Of a stretch of 63,991 nucleotides of DNA, positions 51,657-60,964 are shown one piece after another. Position 1 is the stretch's first letter; every line of letters starts with the position of its first letter. The DNA is from Pocillopora damicornis. Taxonomy: Eukaryota. The DNA lies in assembly GCF_003704095.1 (NCBI RefSeq), contig NW_020844672.1, forward strand, positions 682,010-746,000. The letters are read 5' to 3'. The notes under the pieces are model-generated. The model ran no database searches. It was not told the DNA's origin and worked only from the letters and a program-made list of their open reading frames with translations. A program made the position numbers and the translations under genes.

Positions 51657-52271
51657 NNNNNNNNNNNNNNNNNNNNNNNNNNNNNNNNNNNNNNNNNNNN
51701 NNNNNNNNNNNNNNNNNNNNNNNNNNNNNNNNNNNNNNNNNNNNNNNNNNNNNNNNCCATTTATTCAATCATCTGTACGTTAATCACGGCTTCATTCCTC
51801 AATCCATCCGTCCGTTCTGCCGTCCTTAAGCGAGTCTATCCCTTCGTCTCTCCATCAGTCTATCTGTCTTTATTTCGCGTGTCTGTCTGCCTGTCTGTCT
51901 TTCTGATTGGTCTTTTCTTCCCTTCAGTAGCTTGAGATCTTCCGTCGGCAGGCTGACCGATTTGTTTTTGGTGGTGACTAAGCGACTACTTCATTCGCCG
52001 TACAGGCGTAGAAAAACCTCATCCTCATGTAAGCCTATAGTTTCCTTCGAAATGTCGGAGCAAATATCGGTGCACCATTGTCAATTACGTTCGGGTTCGT
52101 TCAGCTTAGTTTTGTCATCTCGTCGAATGCGCGGGAAAGACAAGGAATGGGCTAAGCAACGAAATACCCGCCGGATAAGAAGGAGTTCAGGAATTTGAAA
52201 ACTGGTACCTCTTTTAGGAGTACAGCTGATTGTAATGGAAGCTCCTTTGAATACACTCTTGCAGTACTTTT

Positions 52272-52960
52272 GTTCGCTAGGTGAGGTGTTGTGTTGTGTG
52301 GAATGTGATATTTTTAACGAGAGAAGTTGAAAGAAAAACATCCAAGCCCTTAAGAGTCTTGCAGTGCTTTATTTCTACATATCAGAAATCAACTAAGTAG
52401 CAATGTGCACATCGAAGATTGATGCATCGAGAATGAATGCCTTAAAAATCCTAATTACTTTTGGCCTAGAATTCAAACTGTTGGATTAGAGCACAATTGA
52501 CAATTGTGTTATTAACAATGGACCAAACAGTTTCGGTCGAGGCTAGAAGTTTTTCTCTAGGTGAGGTGCTGTGTTGTGTGGAATGTGATATTTTTAACAG
52601 GAAAAGTTGAAAGGAAAACATCTAAGCCCTTCAGCAGCGCTTTATTTCTGCATATCAGAAATCAACTAAGTAGTCATGTACACATCGAAGATTTATGCAT
52701 CGAGAATGAATGCCTTTAAAATTCTAATTACTTTTGGCTCAGTATTCAAACGGTTGAATTAGCACACAATTGACAATTGTGTGATTAAAAATGGACCAAA
52801 CAGTTTCGGTCGAGGCTAGAATTTTTTCTCTAGGTGAGGTGTTGTGTTGTGTGGAATGTGATATTTTTAACAAGAAAAGTTGAAAGAAAACATCTAAGCC
52901 CTGCAGCAGTGCTTTATATCTACCTATCAGAAATCAACTAAGTAGTAACGTGCACATTGA
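52272..52960 (+). repeat. ~275-bp tandem repeat, ~2.5 copies
   Basis: CTAGGTGAGGTG(T/C)TGTGTTGTGTGGAATGTGATATTTTTAAC recurs at ~52277, 52557 and 52829. The paralogous block at ~45240-45500 has a single copy. Confidence 0.9.
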
Positions 52961-53582
52961 GGATTAAGTTTTCTATTATTGCACTTTCGGTAAACCATGG
53001 GAATATATTTCAATCCAAATGTGAGTTAAGAAACTTTTGGTTAGTAATTATTATTAAAAATCCCATGGCAAATGCTAGAATAAGTGATTAAATGCTCCGG
53101 TTTGAAAATACACCATCAATTATTAGACATGCTCCTGGCACAAATAGATATGCTTGGAAAACTTGCAAACTTCGATGGGGTCGAGGGCTCTAAGCAAGGA
53201 CAAGCGCAAACACGGCCAGCGATGACAATTATCGTACAACAAGCCTATTACAACGGTCGAGGACCAACTACTCAAAAGGTAAAAATAAATGTGTGGTCTT
53301 GCAGCACATAACAAACCAAGGCTCACATAAGACTCTCATAAGGATTGCAAAATAATTTAACAGGCCTAAACAATTCACAAACACTAGGCCAGAACATTCC
53401 TAACTTTAGTAGTTGCCGATCATTCTAAATTTAGTAGTTCATACGATTGACGAGGTGAAAATGAAAAAAACTAAATTTCCCTATCATCAAAAGACATCTA
53501 AGAGGAAAGAAAGAAAATTATCATGTTCATGCCGAACTCTGTCAAAATCAAGCTGTTTATCAAAATCCATATTTATATTTGC

Positions 53583-54938
53583 TTAGGTTGATGGATGTAC
53601 GGTCGCAATTTTCGATTTAACATGAATATTTTCGGTATGCAGACCTGGCGTTTGACCTCTCGTATCGAACTCAATATTAACTCCAGGGCGAAATATCAGT
53701 AGATGGGTGGACCCACCATAGTGAAACATGCCAAGCTGGTCACCTTTCTTCACTTTATCCTTTTCTTCAATCGTGATTTCGTTGGAGGACACCTCTGACA
53801 TACCGAGCGATACGAAGCACATCAAGCCAATGTGGGGATTATCAGCTTGAATGTAGATAATACCTCTGGCAGCTACTTGGGCTAGGTATCCTTGTGACAT
53901 GCATATGTTGGCCGATGCGGGGCTATCCTGAATGTCGTGGGTTGCAGAATAATAAGAACCATCCACGAGTTCTGTCTTGTAAATGGTGCCCGACACAGGA
54001 CTGTGCCATCGGTGATAACTGGTGGCACTTAGGTACGCTTGGTAGACGGTTCCACCATGAAATTGCTTGGCAAGGTTACTCATGTTCAGGATGAAGTCCA
54101 ATGAGTACCGTTGGTGCTTTGCCCAGAAGAAGTCCCTCTTTTTCACGGCTGTAGAGATCTGGTATGGTGCTGACTCACAGGCATTCGCAACAATGGAATC
54201 GTCTTCCGGAGATGCTACTGGACGAATGCCATCACGAAACTCTCTGGTGAAGAAGTCATCCCATGATGTAAAACCATAATGTTTTTCATTAGGCTTGCAT
54301 TTGAACTCTTGGACGAAGTTTGGCATTGTTTGCATTGCGTCTTCACCAAACCAACCATGACGAGGATCATCAGTCAACACGTGACAAGAAGCAGAACTGG
54401 AAAGAAACTTTCCCCAGTAGTTGAGAATACTTTTGAACAACCTGTTGACTTTGTCGTTGAGGAAAGCAGAAAATCCAGCAGTCGTAGCCATCGGCCAGTT
54501 CAGGATTACATTGATGGGGAGACCAACCAAACTGGTTTTGTTGTACTCTGGAGCTGTTGTCATGATGTAGTCGATTAAAATAATCATCAGTTGCCAACAA
54601 GGGATCCTTGTTCTTTTCGAACCGTCTGGATTCTTGTACTGTTGCCAGAACATCTGATGGAAGAACATATTGATCTCGGGATCGGAGATGATAGCTTTCA
54701 ATAATTCTTGAACAGGTGGATGGAGACCGAGGTCTTCTTCTGTACCGTGAGCAACTATCGGCGGAGTTTCACCATCAGCTGTTTCTTCATCTTCAGCCGG
54801 TGGATGAAGAGCCATCAATAACGCTAACTTATCTTTGTATTTAATTTGGACCTCTGTGATGAAGTTGGCTAACCATTTGTCAGGAAATTTGAGGTCAGAA
54901 GGAATCCATTGACCAACACGGTAAGGTCTGAAGCTCAT
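53583..54938 (-). CDS. psiD-like: Complete intronless PsiD-like / phosphatidylserine-decarboxylase-family pyruvoyl-dependent decarboxylase proenzyme, 451 aa (copy 5; L-tryptophan decarboxylase-like)
   Basis: ATG at 54938 in ATAATCATG context, shared by the paralogs. PSDC-type N-domain: GQWIPSD, LVGLPINVILNWPMATTAG, GWF. Catalytic domain: GFTSWDDFFTREFRDGIRPV, NACESAPY, GGTVYQAYLSATSYHRWHSPVSG, SQGYL, ADNPHIGL, GMSEVSS, VKKGDQLGMFHYGGSTH. The autocleavage Ser is predicted at residue 410. Confidence 0.93.
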   Translation of the reverse strand: MSFRPYRVGQWIPSDLKFPDKWLANFITEVQIKYKDKLALLMALHPPAEDEETADGETPPIVAHGTEEDLGLHPPVQELLKAIISDPEINMFFHQMFWQQYKNPDGSKRTRIPCWQLMIILIDYIMTTAPEYNKTSLVGLPINVILNWPMATTAGFSAFLNDKVNRLFKSILNYWGKFLSSSASCHVLTDDPRHGWFGEDAMQTMPNFVQEFKCKPNEKHYGFTSWDDFFTREFRDGIRPVASPEDDSIVANACESAPYQISTAVKKRDFFWAKHQRYSLDFILNMSNLAKQFHGGTVYQAYLSATSYHRWHSPVSGTIYKTELVDGSYYSATHDIQDSPASANICMSQGYLAQVAARGIIYIQADNPHIGLMCFVSLGMSEVSSNEITIEEKDKVKKGDQLGMFHYGGSTHLLIFRPGVNIEFDTRGQTPGLHTENIHVKSKIATVHPST

Positions 54939-55099
54939 GATTATGTTGCATGTAGTTCGCGGCTTGTTTTGCTCGTAAATGATATACTCCTGTAGAGTGT
55001 GTCTGCTTTTAACTGCAATACAGATTTCATTGCGCAAACGCAAATGACGCTAAAATACGTGTGCGTGCAACTGTTGCTTGAGAAACGTTTGTCTGGAAA

Positions 55100-58000
55100 T
55101 TTTTCCTGCCTGATAAAGAAGAAAAGTGTTCTGTCTAGATGAGAGGAACTAATTGTATCTTCCTGCCTGATAAAGGATAAAAGCGCTTTGTCCGGATGAC
55201 AGGCCTCTTTCATACCGTGACCATCAACAGGTTGTTAGAGAAACACGAACTAATTAATTCGTAGCAAAACGCAATTTAAATGAGATTTCTATCAAAATCT
55301 TAGAATGAGTAAACTTATTCCAATTCTTTAAACTGTAACGTTAATGACGCTTGTTTAACTGACTCCTGTTTTACCACATTAACTTTGATTGAGAATCAGA
55401 TCGGTGAAATATGGAAATATTATTTTCAAACATTCCTGCTAACAGAATCACAGCCTAAACAACGCCTTCACACGAAGGAAAAAAAGCTTAGTTCTTAATA
55501 CACCTGATGAGGTTATTTTCATTCCTTGCATCTTCAATCAATGCCAGTTTAGACAAGTGTAAGATATTACATGCGTGTATGTTAGTATATCAAGGCCCTT
55601 TTGCTTCTGCAGACCCAATAGTTCAAACAACACGTCAATTTTGCGTAGACTGGACGAACTGATCGAAATTCGGAGGTATCCTCCGAGCAGTTAATTAGTC
55701 AAAATATTTCTTAGCGAAGTCAGGAATCAAACTTACCTTACAATCGGCATGGAGACCTGCATGTATTTAGATGAAAGTAACAAAAAGAGTAGAAGAATAC
55801 TCGATGGCGGTTCGAGACCATTATGTAAAAAATGTTCTCAAACACGCTATCTATTATACTACTAACCACAAAATGGTAATTATTTGATGATGTAAATATA
55901 ATAAAACAATACTTGCATATCCATGACAAAAGAACTCTCGGAAACAATTTCCACGGATTTACGTTATCAGAGAAACACGGACTTGATGACTGATCAGTTC
56001 TCGTAAACTTCTCTCTCACATTACACTAAAATGAGTGTGCCTGATAAAGGATAAAAGCTTTTTGTCTAGACGACAGGAATTAATTGTATCTTCCTGCTTG
56101 ATAAAGGATAAAAGTGCTTTGTCCAGATGACTCATAAACTTCTTTCTCACAAGTGTTTTTTGAGTTTTAGAAATGATTTAGCAAAACTTAAGGAGACGAT
56201 TAAAAACAAAATTTGGAATGCGTGTGCGTGGAACTGCGCTTGAGAAGCCTTTTTCTGGAAATTGGTCTTGTCTCATACAGGATAAAAGCGCTTTGTCCAG
56301 ATGACAGGCCTCTTTGAAACTATCAACGTTAACGGGTTGTTAAGGATTGGCAACCGTTGGCAATATGCCGGAGTGTGAAAGGCATTATCCTATGTCCCGC
56401 GTGAACTAAACAAAGTCATACATTTTGGAGACGTTTACATGCAGATTTTCTTATCGAAGTATACAGGAATAATGGAATAACTGTGTTTTACTTACTTTCC
56501 GACTGAGGGGTCATTTTATCTTGAGCTTTAGATTACAATGAACTGAAATGATTCCCCGTAATAGACGCTCTTTGTTGTCTGTTTAAATATCATTGTGGGA
56601 TTTGGCTTAAGACAAATTATCCCGCGGAAGAACATTTTGGCTTTTAATAGTCCTCCAGTAGTTCGTGGATCATAACATAAATATCAACCTGATTTAAAGA
56701 TCACATTCAAAAGATGTTGATAGAGTAAGATACAATTAATTCGTAGCCAAACGCAATTTAAATGAGAGTTCTATCAAATCTTAGAACGAGTAAACTTATT
56801 CCAATTCTTGAAACTCTAACGTTTATTGCGCTTGTTTAACTGACTCCTGTTTTACCACATTGACTTTGATTGAGAATCAGAGCGGTGAAATATCGAAATA
56901 TTGTATTCAACATTCCTGCTAACAACATCACAGTCCAAACAACGCTTTCACACGAAGAAAAAAAGCTTAATTCTTAGTGCACCTGATAAGGTTATTTCCA
57001 TTCCAAGCGTCGTCAATCAATGTCAGTTAGAAAAGTATAAGATATTACATGCACGTACGTTAGTATCTCAGAGCCTTTTTGTTTCTGCAAACCCAACAGT
57101 TCAAATATCACGTATACACTGCGTAGACATTGACATGCAGCGCTTTTTCTTGATAGGATTGCTTACGTAATGGTCCAAGGTAGTGTTTTTCTCTATTGAT
57201 AATCTCAGCACTTGAAAGGTAATTGGAGCAAAACGTGAGTCATTATTGAGTAAGTGGCACCACTCGTACAACTGCATGCTGTATGAATGCCAGCACAATC
57301 GCGTTCGTGCCAGAGGAAGATCCCGAAGGCACGCACATTGATCATTCTTACTCATACTTTTTCTGTACGTGAGCCAAAACGTCTGCTGGTACCCAAGGTT
57401 GAAAAAGCCAGGTCAAGTCAGTCTTGACTACGAGTTTGTTATTTCACTTTATTATTTTTTGTAACTTGATAGTCCATTATGTAAAGTTTTTTTAGTCTTT
57501 TGCTACCGAGGGAATATAAAATAATTAGCATACTATCGCATTTCATTTCGTGAGATGGTTGATTATACACATTATACGCATGGGACCAGGGAGAGTAAGA
57601 TTTCAGGGGGAGGTGTAGGTTTCGTTCGATTCTCGTATTTCGTGTACGTGACATGNNNNNNNNNNNNNNNNNNNNNNNNNNNNNNNNNNNNNNNNNNNNN
57701 NNNNNNNNNNNNNNNNNNNNNNNNNNNNNNNNNNNNNNNNNNNNNNNNNNNNNNNTGCAGTTTAAATGAGAGTATTATCAAATATTAGAATGAGTAGACT
57801 TATTCCAATTCTTGAAACTGTAACGTTTATGACGCTTGTTTAACTGACTCCTGTTTTACCATATTAGCTTTAATTGAGAATCAGAGTGGTGAAATATCGA
57901 GATATTCTTTTCAAACATTCCTGCTAACAGCATCACATTCCAAACAATGCCTTCATATGAACAAAAAAAAACTTAGCTCTTAATGCACCTGATAAGTTTA

Positions 58001-58650
58001 TTTTTATTCCAAGCATCGTCAATCAATGTCAGTTTAGACAAGTATATGATATTACATGCGCGTACGTTAGTATATCAACGCCTTTTTGTTTCTGCAGACC
58101 CATCAGTTCAAACAACATGTCAATTTTGCGTAGACTGGACGAACTGATTGAAATTTGGAGGTATCCTCCGAGCAATTAATTAGTCAAAAATATTTCTGAG
58201 CCCAAGTCAGGAATCAAACCTACCGCACAATCGGCATTGAGACCTGTACGTATTTAGATGAGAGTAACAAAAAGGGTAAAAGTATAATAGATGACGGTTC
58301 GAGTCTATTATGTAAAAATGTTCTCAAACACACTATCTACTATACTACTAACCACAAAATGGTTATTACTTGATGATAGATACATAATAAAACAATACTT
58401 TGATATCCACGACAAAAGAACTCTCGGAAACACTTTCCACGGATTTACGTCATTAGACAAACAGGAACTTGGTGACTCATCGATTCTCGTAAACTTCTGT
58501 CTCACACGCGTTTTTTTTGAGTTTAGAAATGATTTAAGAAAACTTAAGGAGATGATTAAAAACAAAACTTGGAATGCGTGTGCGTGGAACTGCGCTTGAG
58601 AAGCCTTTGTCTGGAAATTTTTCCTTTTCTCCAATGTTGTAATAGGACAG
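55100..58650. repeat. Tandem and rearranged copies of the decarboxylase upstream module without coding sequence
   Basis: Module AAATGAGAGTTCTATCAAA..TTAGAATGAGTA.ACTTATTCCAATTCTT at ~55278, 56760 and 57764 (also 42820, and reversed at ~50200). 55380-56020 aligns with 57870-58505. Confidence 0.85.
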
Positions 58651-60352
58651 NNNNNNNNNNNNNNNNNNNNNNNNNNNNNNNNNNNNNNNNNNNNNNNNNN
58701 NNNNNNNNNNNNNNNNNNNNNNNNNNNNNNNNNNNNNNNNNNNNNNNNNNNNNNNNNNNNNNNNNNNNNNNNNNNNNNNNNNNNNNNNNNNNNNNNNNNN
58801 NNNNNNNNNNNNNNNNNNNNNNNNNNNNNNNNNNNNNNNNNNNNNNNNNNNNNNNNNNNNNNNNNNNNNNNNNNNNNNNNNNNNNNNNNNNNNNNNNNNN
58901 NNNNNNNNNNNNNNNNNNNNNNNNNNNNNNNNNNNNNNNNNNNNNNNNNNNNNNNNNNNNNNNNNNNNNNNNNNNNNNNNNNNNNNNNNNNNNNNNNNNN
59001 NNNNNNNNNNNNNNNNNNNNNNNNNNNNNNNNNNNNNNNNNNNNNNNNNNNNNNNNNNNNNNNNNNNNNNNNNNNNNNNNNNNNNNNNNNNNNNNNNNNN
59101 NNNNNNNNNNNNNNNNNNNNNNNNNNNNNNNNNNNNNNNNNNNNNNNNNNNNNNNNNNNNNNNNNNNNNNNNNNNNNNNNNNNNNNNNNNNNNNNNNNNN
59201 NNNNNNNNNNNNNNNNNNNNNNNNNNNNNNNNNNNNNNNNNNNNNNNNNNNNNNNNNNNNNNNNNNNNNNNNNNNNNNNNNNNNNNNNNNNNNNNNNNNN
59301 NNNNNNNNNNNNNNNNATGATTTTGATTCTGTTAGTAAGAAATTTTTGGGCACAGAATTAGCACAGTTGAAATAGGACAGTTGGAATGAAACGGTGTTTT
59401 TCAACTCTGCCCTCAGGGTAGTATTGTTTTATCGTTTAATCAGTCGCCAACCGCCATTTTGTACTTTCGACGACGCTTGTAATTTTTTTTTTAATTATGT
59501 AAAGTCTCTCGAAAAATATCTTATTTCAGTTGGTTGCACATATCAGNNNNNNNNNNNNNNNNNNNNNNNNNNNNNNNNNNNNNNNNNNNNNNNNNNNNNN
59601 NNNNNNNNNNNNNNNNNNNNNNNNNNNNNNNNNNNNNNNNNNNNNNTTTATCTGGCGGCTATTGTCGTTGCTTGGCCCAATCCTTGTCTTTTCTGCGCAT
59701 TCGACAAGATGAGAAACCTTAGAGAGTAATCTTAACGTACCTGAACGTGATTAACAATAGTGCACCAATATTTGTTTCGAAGGAATTTATAGGCTTACAC
59801 GGGGATAAGGTTTTCCAACACCTGTAGGGAGACTGAAGTAGTCGCTTAGTCATCACCGAAAAAAAATCAGCCAGCCAACGGAAAATTTCAAGCTACTGAA
59901 GGGAAGGAAAGATCAACCGGAAAGACAGACAGACAGACACGGGAAATAAAGACAGAGGGCCTGATGGAGAGGCGAAGGGATAGACTGGCTTAAGGACGGC
60001 AGAACGGACGGATGGATTGAGGGATGAAGCAGTGGATAGGTGGATTAACATACAGATGATTGAATAAATGGGCAGACAAAAAAGATACATGGACTTTTTC
60101 GCAGGTAAACGAACTACTAAGATATGGTATTACGATTGAGTACTTAGCTGGCGGTAACTTGGTTGCAAAATTTTTCAGCTGGAAATCTATAACCCTTGAA
60201 TTCCGAGATCTCATTAGTTATTCTCCTTACTTTCTGCTATCCAATTTTTATGATGTCTATTTGGATAATTTGGTAATGGAACAACTAAGTATCCCCTAAT
60301 TGATATTTTTGTTTATTCCCATCACTTCTAGGCTTGATATTGTCTTGATATT

Positions 60353-60425
60353 TAGCCTGCGTTGGTGGTGGTCTACGGTTTTGGGGGTGGATAGAAAAAC
60401 CGCAGACCACCAGCAACGCAGGCTA
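60353..60425. mobile_element. 73-bp hairpin MITE (TAGCCTGCGTTG...CAACGCAGGCTA) nested in a piggyBac-type MITE; second copy at 61316-61388
   Basis: ~30-bp TIRs, flanked by an apparent 9-bp duplication (CTTGATATT-like). The element is absent from the paralogous MITEs at 43577 and 44061. Confidence 0.8.
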
Positions 60426-60753
60426 TTTGTTATTGTGAGGAAAAATTTTTCTATTGATTACTCATGGGAGGTAAAGGGCTGGACAAAATTAAGAAAATTC
60501 AGCCTTACAAAATTACAGCGACCTAAATCAGTGAAAGTCACAGGAGATTAGTTTGTTGCAATATCCAGGAGCTGAAGATAACGCACGACTTGAATGTGCT
60601 TTAAAATGTTCTGGTAACTTAAAGAAAGATACCATCACCATCCAGGGGGGGAGGGGAGGGTGAAGGTGTAGCTACCATTTACGCGCCACAAGGTAAATTA
60701 TTATGTGCTTTGCACGCGTATAACTTTCCCCGCCCCTTCTTTCTCGTGTGAGT

Positions 60754-60964
60754 TTAACCCTTTTACTCCCACGATCTCATTAGTAATTCTCTTTACTGTC
60801 TGCCAATGATTCTCATTATGTTACTTTGGAGAATTTGGTACTGGATCAATTAGTAATCCCATATTTGAAATTTTTCTTGATTCTCACTACCTGTCTGCAT
60901 GATATTGTATAGATATAGGAAGGAGATGTTCTCCCCTGGTCACTCGCGGGAGTTAAAGGATTAA
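60754..60964. mobile_element. piggyBac-type MITE (inverted duplicate of 43577-43788)
   Basis: TTAACCCTTTTACTCCC ... GGGAGTTAAAGGATTAA. Confidence 0.8.

Noticed and set aside
53084-53311. Small ORF convergent with the decarboxylase, partly repeated at 45620-45845
   Set aside because: The paralogous copy has an indel and there is no recognisable domain. Similarity is explained by the segmental duplication.
53583-54938. Calling this a psilocybin gene cluster or the host's canonical PISD
   Set aside because: No kinase, methyltransferase or P450 (PsiK/PsiM/PsiH-like) genes are visible in the window. The motifs (GGST, PSDC domain, no introns) differ from animal PISD.
54939-55043. 35-aa N-terminal extension of the decarboxylase (486-aa ORF), and similar extensions at 48540, 50693 and 42278
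   Set aside because: Most start at TTG, their lengths differ between copies and family similarity begins at MS(S/F)(K/R)PY. Treated as 5' UTR, although the reading frame does stay open in four copies.
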